From the NCBI GenBank assembly GCA_951406725.2, contig OX597822.1, forward strand, positions 116,560,001 through 116,624,000: 64,000 bases of DNA. The letters are read 5' to 3'. Numbering within the stretch: the stretch's first letter is position 1; every line of letters starts with the position of its first letter. Positions 40,711 to 50,991 of the stretch are shown in pieces. The notes beneath the pieces are model-generated. The model was not told the origin of the DNA. It saw nothing but the letters and a program-made list of their open reading frames with translations, and did not search any database. A program made the position numbers and the translations under genes. The stretch is from Octopus vulgaris (lineage: Eukaryota).

Positions 40711-41258
40711 AAAAACCCCTGAAAGATTTCTATCATTTCTTTCCCATTACTTCATCATACCAAACAAACCCTGGGTGGAAAGCAGAAACAGTTTAGTGAA
40801 AGGGAAGGTGGTGGGGGTGAAGAGAGAAAGAGAGAGAGAGAGAAAGACTAACATAGTTAGAGAGACCGACAGACAGACAGACAGAGGGTGGGAGTGAGGG
40901 AAGGTGGGAGAAAGAAAGAAGATAAATATTTTTGAAAATTTAAAAGAAAATTTTTCAAAAAATCCAGAAAGAGTATAAATTTGCTAATTGCGATTACTAC
41001 GGATTCCTTATAAAACCATTTAGATTTATTCTTTGATTGCATATTTATTTTCATTTTATTCTTTTATGTTTTTGTCTTATGCTATTTTAGTTAGTCTTGT
41101 TATAAGCGCCAATCTCTTCTTCTGCTCTGCCGACCCCCTTTTTTTTTCGATTCTTATTTTATTTTATTTATTATTTTTTTTCCCTATTACATGCCATCTC
41201 TCAAGGGACCTTCATGACTGCAGTGATTCTAAGTCAATACATACATACATACATATAA

Positions 41259-41317
<59 letters not shown>

Positions 41318-42181
41318 AATATATACATATATATATATACATACACACACACACACACCTATGTGTATATGTATGTATGCGTAAAAGAAAAAGAAAAGAA
41401 AAGGTAAAAACCAGCTAAGTCAATATGCAGTAAGCTTCAGTGACCCTTCCTACAGAGCAGAATCGCACTAAAAAATGTAAAACAGTGACTTAGAATAATT
41501 TACATGGAAGTTTTTTTTCAGTTGGTTGACTGAGAATTCTAGGGACAGCCATATGTTTTCACTTGTGTGTTGCCCTTGTTAATGGCTTTTAAAGCTATTA
41601 TCTTTCACTGCAACTTTTTATACTCACACTTCTTCCCCTTTCTCCTCCTCCTCCTCCTCTTTTGTCTTCTCCTCCTGCTTGTCTCTGAGTTAAATAACAG
41701 AGCTTCAAAGTGGTAACTCAAACTGGCTAGAAACAGCAGCCAAGTTTCCTTTCTGTTACACCCGACTGTCTTTAAAAACACTAAACAGAACAAAACAAAA
41801 ACTCATTAGTTGAAAAGATCATAGATGCACTGTACTATTCCTAGTGAACAAGACAGGATGGTCATGGCTGGAATGCCTTTGATTACAGGTCTGCTTGATC
41901 GTAGATGACTTAGATAGGGTGAGGGTGTGGTGAGAATCTAAGGAATAATAATAACAGTTTCTCTTCCTCTTTCTCATTTTTTCATCTTCCTCTTCTGCCA
42001 CTGTCTTCGTTTTTCCTCCTCTTTCACCTCCATTTTCTTCAGTATCCACCTAAGCAAATACCACGTTTCTATTTACCTCTCCTTGTGTACTCTCTCTCCA
42101 CTTCTTCTCCCTCACAGCCTGATTACCACTCTTCCACAACATACCCCCCCACCTCCCAGCATATGTATGCATGTTTGTGTA

Positions 42182-42580
42182 TATTTTGGGTCATCCCATA
42201 AATAATGTGGGGTTTTTTATACTTCTTTTATTTCTCAAAATTAAAGTAAACAAAGTTCTTTTTTTTTAATCTAAAATATACTCTCCTTCATTTTCTACAA
42301 TGCTCTTCCATCTCTCAGGTAGACTTGCAAGGCTCCTCTTCCAAAATTCACTTGTCCATGACGAAAAATACTCCTCCAGTACTGTTCTGACCTCATCTAC
42401 AGAATTCATATTTTTTTCTATCCAAATGATTTTGAAGACTGCAGAATAAATTTTAGTCAGATGGGGCAATGTCCGGCGAATATGGTGGGTGGGACATCGT
42501 TTCCCATTCAAACTGCTTTATGAGTTCAATAAGGGCAACAACGCAATGGAAAGTGCGAGGAATATTAATGAGGTATATGA
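42182..42580. pseudogene. Rearranged mariner transposon relic
   Basis: Minus strand: HPPYSPDIAPSD and C-terminal LPERWKSIVENEGEY; plus strand: N-terminal-like LLYEFNKGNNAMESARNINEVY. Confidence 0.75.
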
Positions 42581-43428
42581 AGACATGCACAGGCTCAAAA
42601 GATATGAAGCTAGCATGATCCACTGGATGTGTAATGTCAGTGTGCACACACGACAGAGTGTAAGCACTCTTAGAAGAATGTTGGACATAAGAAGCACCGG
42701 ATGTGGTGTGCAAGAGAGACAACTGTGCTGGTATGGTCATGTGCTACATATAGATGAGGAGAGCTGTGTGATGAAGTGTCAGTCCCTTACAGTGGAAGGA
42801 ACCCGTGGAAGAGGTAGACCCAGGAAGACATAGGATGAGTGGTGAAGCATGACTTCCGAACATTGGACCCCACAGAGGCAACGATAAAGACCAAGACCTC
42901 TGGAGATATGCTGTGACTGAGAAGACCCAGCAAGGAAAGTGAGATCACAGCCATAGCCTACACCAGTGTTGCACAACCAGCCCATTTAAAAAGTACCTTT
43001 GAATCCATGCTTGAGGAGACTTATTTAGTCAATTAAATCAAAATCAAATCAAATCCCAATCAAATGGAAATTGTAGTTGTGGCCATTACCAGTGCTGGTG
43101 GCATGCGATAAGCACCATTTATTCATGCGTGGGTTGCTGCCAGAGTCACCCGACTGGCTCCCTGTGCCAGTGGCATGTAAAAAGCACCATCCGAACACAG
43201 CCAATGCCAGTACCGCCTGACAGGCTCCCGTGCCGGTGGCACGTAAAAAGCACCCATTACACTCTCGGAGTGGTTGGCGTTAGGAAGGGCATCCAGCTGT
43301 AGAAACCAGGCCAGATCAAGATTGAAGCCGGGTGTGGCCTCCTGGCTTGCCAGTCTCCAGTTAAACCGTCCAACCCATGCCAGCATGGAAAACGGACGTT
43401 ATATGATGATGATGGTGATGATGATGAT
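42578..43428 (+). mobile_element. RTE LINE 3' fragment with (GAT)n tail
   Basis: EASMIHWMCNVSVHTRQS..WYGHV..RGRGRPRKT followed by the family 3' UTR. Confidence 0.9.
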
Positions 43429-43599
43429 TTGCATGTATGTAGATGTGTGTTTGTGTGTATGTGTGTGTATGTATGTGTTTGTGTGAATATTTATACAGTT
43501 TGTAAACACGTAAATTTCATGTAAATCTAATAATTAAAGCATGAATAAACGAAGTTAGATTATTGTGTATTAACGCACGGTGGGGGTCACCAAACTTTA

Positions 43600-44103
43600 T
43601 TTGTGTATATACGTTTGTGTGTGTTTGTTGCTCCATGTATGTGTATGTGTGTGTTATTGTGTGACTGTGTTTGCATGCATTGTGTGTTTGTGTGCATGTC
43701 TCTGAATGAGTGTGTGTATGTGTGTACATGTGTGTACATGCTGTTGTGTGAGTCTTTATGTTTGTATGTGCGTGTATTTGTGTGTATGCGTATGTGAGTG
43801 CTTTATGTGAGTCTGTATGCTGGTATGTGTGTATGAGTGTGTGTATATGTGTGTGTGTGTGTGTGTACGTGCATGCATATCTAGTTTTGTGAGTGTATAG
43901 TTGTGTGTCTTTGTATGTATAGCCATGTATGTGAGCCTGTGTGTATGCGTGTGGGTCTGTGTCTGTGTATGTCTGTGCTTTGTTGTGTTAGGTTGTATAT
44001 ATTTATTTGTCAATATATGCATTTGTACGAGCGTGCATGAGTGTGTGTGTGTGTGTATCTGCCATAGTTTGTAAGTCTGTATATATTTGTGTGTTCATGT
44101 ATA

Positions 44104-44149
<46 letters not shown>

Positions 44150-44163
44150 TATATACATATATA

Positions 44164-44211
<48 letters not shown>

Positions 44212-44243
44212 TATACACATATATATACACATATATACATATA

Positions 44244-44285
<42 letters not shown>

Positions 44286-44317
44286 TATACACATATATAT
44301 ACACATATATACATATA

Positions 44318-44356
<39 letters not shown>

Positions 44357-44430
44357 ATGTATTTATACATATATACATATGTGTGTGTGTGTGCCTGTGT
44401 GTATGTGTGTGTGTGTGTATCAGTGTGTGT
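43600..44430. repeat. Degenerate (TG)n then (TA)n microsatellite field
   Basis: Directly visible. Confidence 0.9.
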
Positions 44431-44602
44431 CTGTATTTATGCTGTGTGCCACTATTTACCATTATCTGATCCCTGTCTAATTCCATAGGAAAACAGCTCC
44501 AGTCTTGAGCTGCTGTGCAGTTAATGAAAACATGTAACAGAAACCAGTCAACAGGTTTAAGCCATTAATTTTGAATGGGAAACCCTGACGACAATGGCTA
44601 CC

Positions 44603-44636
<34 letters not shown>

Positions 44637-45399
44637 TTACTACTAACAGCGACGACAACAACAACAACAACAATAATAATTATGTTGTTGTTGTTGTTAT
44701 TGCTTCTATTACTTTTGCAGAGTCACAGCTGGTCTCGGCTGCAGAATGCCATCCAGCAAACAGAAGGGTCTGAAGTTCTTATCCTAATCACAGGGTTGCC
44801 GTTCTCCCACAATTCTTCTCTCGGTCCTCATCATCGTCACCATCATCATCGTCATCATCATCATCTCAACTAATAAAATTACTTCCAGCATCACCATCTT
44901 CTCCGCTGTTGCTAGACCCTTGTCTATCAGTTTATCGCATTTTCTGCTACAGCTCAACCAAATTACAACTAATATAAAACACACACACACACACACATAC
45001 ACACACACAGACACACACACACACACATACACACACACAGACACACACACACACACACACACACATACACATACACTACTCTTTACTTGTTTCAGTCATT
45101 TGACTGCGGCCATGCTGGAGTACCATGTTGAAGGGCTTTTGTTAAACAGATCAACGCCAGGACTTATTTTTTTAAGCCTTGTACTTCTATTGGTCTTTTT
45201 TTGTCAAACCACTAAGTTATGTGCTGTTTATCTTGATATAAGATCACAATGTCGCGCACATATGGTTGTGATGCATGTGCCTGGTGTACCCTTATCAGAC
45301 GGGTAGTCATGAGGGGTATACTGGGCTTTGTATATTTTACCCCAGGGTCTCTCTGATGGCATGCACTGCTCTCTCTCATACATACATACACATATATAT

Positions 45400-46270
45400 A
45401 CAAATACCTGATGCACAAAAGGGACAGAGATGGAGGAAAAGCAATAAAATGTGACGACCGATGCAAACTTTGTGGAGTTAACACCAAAGATTATCATGCA
45501 CATCGTAAGCAGTTGTCCGAAAATGTCATCATGGTATTATTTACTGATGAGAATGATGTAGCTAGGACACTGTATAATGAGATCTGTCAGAAGGATAACC
45601 CTGAGGCCAAAGAAATATGAACCTACCGTATGGTAGAAGCCAGAGCCACTCATAACGAAAAGGAGAACTGGTCGAATGTCTCTGTGAAAACCTCAATAAG
45701 GCATAAACATAATAGACATGACATAGTAATTTGGAACAAAGAAAGGAAACTGTGTACAGTTGTGGAAATCAGCTGCCCGGAGGATGTTAACAAAAAGCTG
45801 AAGATCAGAGAGAGAGAAAATACCTACACTAAACTATTGAGGAATCTACAGCTATTCTATCCAGATGACAAATTGAGTTCTATACCTGTATTTATTGGAG
45901 CACTAGGGTATGTAACATTGCCTAGGTACAATTCTTGAGAAACTAGGCTTCTCAAAACCAGAAAGGAGAAAACTGATTCAAAGACTACAGATCAAAGCGA
46001 TCACTGGAACTGTAAAAATCTGCAAAACTTCCCAAAAGTTTATCATTTAAGTATATATGAGCATGTCTAGACATGCAACTAAATGCTTGAGAATACATAC
46101 ATAAAACAAAACATACATATCTGCACACATACATACACATCCATCCATCCATCCATCCATCCATCCATACATACATACATACCCTGTTGATGTTGAAATT
46201 CCAATTAAGGCTAGAAACTGGCCCCCTTCTGTATTGGCAAGAAACCTTGAAATAAACCTAAATAATGACA
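45400..46270 (+). mobile_element. 3' part of an R2-group (R4/Dong-like) LINE with restriction-like endonuclease, decayed
   Basis: CDDRCKLCG zinc knuckle start, RENDV (RHD-like), NRHDIVIW..TVVEISCP endonuclease motif; (CATA)n flanks. Confidence 0.75.
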
Positions 46271-46566
46271 TACATACATACTTATATACACATTCAAGTT
46301 GTGTCAATTTTTTAAGGTCATTTGTATGAATTTAAAAACGATGCATAGTTCACCAAAGAAATTCTATATTTGAAAAGAAATTGGTACAAATAACCCTGAG
46401 AATCCTCTTTTCACACTTATTCAATGAATCCACCATTAGTATCAATGGCTGCTTCAGTATGGCATTGGAAGTGTTTATATGCCTGAATCAGATGAGCCTT
46501 ATCAATTTCAGGCATAATCTTGATTATGGTGGACTTGAGAGATCATATGGTGTTATGGAAGTATGA

Positions 46567-46760
46567 AGGCGGCGAACTGGCAGAAATGTTAGCACGCCAG
46601 CTGAAATGCTTAGTGGTATTTCGTCTGCCGTTACGTTCTGAGTTCAAATTCTGGCTAAGTACCAGTTACGCACTGGGGTCGATGTAATCGACTTAATCCC
46701 TTTGTCTTTCCTTGTTTGTCCCCTCTGTGTTTAGCCCCTTGTGGGTAGTAAAGAAATAGA
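46567..46760 (+). mobile_element. SINE family C with internal deletion and TSD-like flanks
   Basis: ggcggcgaactggcagaaatgttagc..ctgagttcaaatt..taagtaccagttacgcactggggtcgatgtaatc; ttatggaagt present at both sides. Confidence 0.75.
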
Positions 46761-46919
46761 TATTATGGAAGTGTTGAATAATCTCTTTCCTGACTCTGCC
46801 CCAAATGTAATTGTCCAGTGGATTGGGCTATGGTGAGCTGGGAGACCATGTATCTGGAAGAACATGATCTTGGGTTGTCCTTGGGCCAGAGTAAATAAGA
46901 GAAAGGAGCAAGAGTACCT

Positions 46920-47310
46920 TTTTATTTTTGATTTGTTTCTGTCATTAGACAGGACCCATGCTGGGGCACTGCCTTGAAGCATTTTAGTCAAACAAATCGA
47001 CCCCTGTACTTTTTTTTAAAAAAAAAAAGCTTGGTACTTATTCTATCAGTCTCTTTTGCTGAATGGTTAAGATATAGGGATGTAAATACACCAACACCGG
47101 TTATCAAGTGGTGGTGGTGGGGTACAAACACAGACACAAAGACACACACAAAGAGATATATAAATGTACCACAAGCTACTTTCAGTTTCCGTCTACCAAA
47201 TACACTTACAAATACACTTTGGTCAGACTGAGACTATGGTAGAAGACACTTGCCCAAGGTGCTGCACAGTGGGACTGAACCTGGAACATGTGATATGGAA
47301 GTAAACTTCT
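46920..47310 (-). mobile_element. SINE family A (older)
   Basis: Reverse-complement match to family A. Confidence 0.8.
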
Positions 47311-48992
47311 TAGGGTATTTGAGAAAGTTGGGAGGCGAGTAACTGGCAGTATCAGACAGGGACAAAAATAAGGGTGTGCGATGAGATAAAGGCGAAAGTA
47401 GGTGATGGATGTCTAGAGAAGTAGCTCAGAAGGGAGAGTGAGTGATGGCTGGCAGTACAAAAGGGTTAGGGTTAAAGTGGAAAGGGTGGCAGGATGGGAA
47501 TGGTCCTATGCAATCCCTTCTGAATAAGCCTGGGTGGTGGCCATAAGTTTATTGTCAGCATTGTAGGTGATGGTAATGACAATGATAATAGAAGTGGTAG
47601 CGGTAGTGGTATTGATGATGATGATGATGAGGAGGAGGAGGAGGAGAACAACGATGAGGATGACAGTAGTGAGGGTGGTGGTGACAGTGGTGGTGGTGGT
47701 GGTGATATCAAGGTTATTATTGGCATTGTTGGTGATGATGCTAGTGATGACGATGACAACAACAACGATGGTGATGATGATGATGATGATGATGATGATG
47801 CTGGTGATGCTGGCAGTAACAATGCCGATGTCGATAATGATGACAATGATGGTGGTGGTGGTGGTCGTCATTGTCGTGGTCATAACAGCATCAACAACAA
47901 CAATTATGATGGTGAATGAAACCAATTCCATGTGAACATCTGCAACTACGGCCACCCCTGCAGGAAACATTCTGGAGTGTCGAGTTTAGATTTATTATCA
48001 AGTTCTGTTTTCTTTTGCATTTTTACTCTCCTCCTCCTCACTAATTTTTAAAATGTTTTTAATAGAATTTTTCCCTTCTCATTTCCTTCATCCTGTTACC
48101 CTGTTCTCTCATTTGCAAAGACCTCACAAGAAGTTGAGCTGATGTTACAGATTTTCAAACAGCACTTCAGATAATCCTCTCTTTATAATCATGGTTTCCC
48201 TTTGTTTTTTGAGCCCTCGCTGATGCCATCATAGAAGATATTCTGAGGGTTGAGGATTGATTTTCATCTGAAGAAGATACTCTTAAACATTGTTTGATTT
48301 TTTTCCTGGGGTTTTTTTGTGTTTTTTTTTTAAACAAGTCCTGTTTTGAAACTTGGCATTTCAATCTTTTGCTTGATTTTCTCATTGACTTTTTTGTTAC
48401 TATATTTCTGTTTTTGCTTCAACTAACTTAGAAAATGATGAAAAATTTAGTAAAATAACTCTGGCATTATCAAACTGCTGTTTAAGGCAGCAAATTGGCA
48501 TAATTGTTAGCATGTCAGGCAAAATGCTTAGTAGCCTTTCATCAGTCTTCATGTTCTGAGTTCAAACTCTACCAAGATAAACTTTGTCTTTCATCCTTCT
48601 GGGGTCAATAAAATTACTACCAGTTGAGCACTGAGGTTGATTTAATTGATGTACCCTCTTCCCATAATTGCTGGCCTTGTGCCAAAATTTGAACCCATTA
48701 TTCGACTGCTGTTTGGAACATATATTAACATGAAATTTTGATGAAAATTTTTAATTTAGATTTACTTTTATACTCTTTTATTTGTTTCAGTCATTTGGAG
48801 CACTGCCTTTAGTCAAGCAAATCAACCCCAGAACTTATTCTTTGTAAGCCTAGTACTTATTTCTATCAGTCTCTTTTGCTGAACTGCTAAGTTACAGGGA
48901 CATAAACTGGTGTCCTGTCCAGCTGGGGAACACATACGCCATTGAAATCGGGAAACCAGGCCCATGAGCCTGGCTAGGCTTTTAAAGGGCAC

Positions 48993-49052
<60 letters not shown>

Positions 49053-49053
<1 letters not shown>

Positions 49054-49720
49054 TTCCTTCTTTCTTCAAATTTTCTTCTGTTTCTTGCCAAGTGTTTTCC
49101 GTACACCTAGAGCAGAGAAGCTCATTCTATGCATTCCCAGATTACACACGCAAATTCACAGGTAAAATATGTATTTAAAAAATTAATAAATAAATAAATT
49201 CATGAATGGATGTTGTTTTCACATCGATAATACTCTTCTCAGTACATGAGCCGTTCCAGTCGACACGATCTTTTGCATTTCCTGTAGGGATGGTAAGCCT
49301 GGTATCATTTTCAAATAGGTTTCAGTACCTTTTTTTATCATTCCTAGAGATCCCACAATCACTGGTACTGTTGTCACCTTGAGATGCCACATTTTTTCAA
49401 TTTCCGTTAGCAAGTCCTTATATTTACTAATCTTGTCAAATTCTTTTGCCGCTATATTGTGATCGCAAGGGACACTCATGTCAATTAACAAACACATCCT
49501 TTTTGTCTAATCTTTTATGATAATATCTGGTTTATTAGTTTTTATTGTTTTGTCGGTATGTACGGTAAAGTCCCACAGAATCGACACATTTTCTCCCTCA
49601 GTCACAGCTTCAGGATGGTGTTTATACCATTTGTCAGCGGTTTTGATTTCATAATGCTGACATATTGTCCAGTGTAAATACTGGCCGACTCTGTCATGTC
49701 TTGCTTTATATTCTTTATAT
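49053..49720 (-). mobile_element. 3' end of R4/Dong-like LINE inserted in (TAA)n
   Basis: YKARHDRV, WDFTVHTDK..NKPDIII, LIDMSVP..EFDKISKY restriction-like endonuclease; (TTA)n on both sides. Confidence 0.85.
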
Positions 49721-49751
49721 TTATTATTATTATTATTATATGTATATATAT

Positions 49752-50465
49752 GAAATGTAGGCGGCTGACCAGATGGATTCTTAGAGCTTTTAGAACAAGA
49801 GACCAGGAAACCATGATGGTCCTCCGGAGGACACTTGTCCTTAGCCACTTTGACTATTGCTCTCAGCTATGGTCACCAACCAGTGTCAAATTAATCACAG
49901 AACTTGAGGTAATTCAACAAAGCTACACAAAGAAGATAGTCTCTGTGCAGCATATAAGCTATTGGGAAAGACTCAAGAGATTAAGACTCTATTCCTTAGA
50001 GCGTAGGCGAGAAAGATATGCCATAATATACATCTGGAAGATCCTAGAAGGACTTGTCCCAAACTTTGGCATCGAGAGTTACACAAATACTAGAACTGGG
50101 CGCCACTGCATAGTGCCAAGGACTCCAAATTTACCATCAAGATGTAGGACAAGATACAGTTATAGCCTGGGCTTCAGAGGTCCACAGCTCTTCAATATCC
50201 TCCCGAAGGACCTGAGAGACCTGCATGGGGTGGATGCAGATGTCTTTAAAATAAAGCTTGGCCTCTTCCTGTCAGGTGTCCCAGATGAGTCAACTTCACG
50301 ACAGGCGGTGCAGATGAGGGCAGCTGCATCAAACTCTCTCATGCACCAAATGTCAATTGCTAAAAAGCATTCGTGAAGTAAAATCATGTAGCAACACTGA
50401 ATGGCGGTGCCCCAGCATGGCCACAGCTCGTGAGCTGAAACTAGATAAAATGAAAAAGGAAAATG
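49752..50465 (+). mobile_element. 3' end of CR1-group LINE
   Basis: HFDYCSQLWSP..ISYWERLKRLRLYSLERRRERY C-terminal RT region, short 3' UTR with stem-loop and A-rich tail. Confidence 0.85.
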
Positions 50466-50494
50466 AAAAAAAAAATATATATATATATATATAT

Positions 50495-50991
50495 AGCAAT
50501 TAAGGACAACTACTTAATAAGGAAAACTTAACAAGAAATTGTCTGGTAGATAGCGTAAAAACCTCATAAGAGAAAAAATTTCGAAAATAATTATTTCTTA
50601 TTGAACATATTAATTTATATATAGAGGGCATTATACATACATGCTAGAAGGCATAATACATACATGCCAAACGCTAAGAGGGACAATTAGTCATTTCTAC
50701 CAAAAATATTACTAATCCCACCGAATGCAATTTTTCAAAGTAAGACAGTTAGATGATCGACTTAAGCGGGGCAGGGTCGTTGTTTATTTATAATGCATTC
50801 AGGCCTGCTGATGAGTACGTAAGTATGAAATCACTGTGATACAGGTCTATATTTTTTAAATGTCTTACTTTGAAAAATTGCATTCGGTGGGATTAGTAAT
50901 ATTTTTGGTAGAAATGACTAATTGTCCCTCTTAGCGTTTGGCATGTATGTATTATGCCTTCTAGCATGTATGTATAATGCCCTCTATATAT
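50495..50991. mobile_element. Young fold-back hammerhead element
   Basis: Perfect 131-bp inverted arms 50617-50747 / 50861-50991, 113-bp loop with hammerhead, tail 50495-50616, TA flanks. Confidence 0.85.
50801..50848 (+). ncRNA. Type I hammerhead ribozyme
   Basis: aggcctg-CTGATGA-gtac(gtaa)gtat-GAAA-tcac(t)gtga-TA-caggtct: canonical core, 7-bp stem I, GNRA-capped stem II; predicted cut after 50841. Confidence 0.9.

Noticed and set aside
48167-48385. Lys-rich 72-aa ORF repeated in the duplication
   Set aside because: The third copy has frameshifting homopolymer changes and no domain is recognisable.
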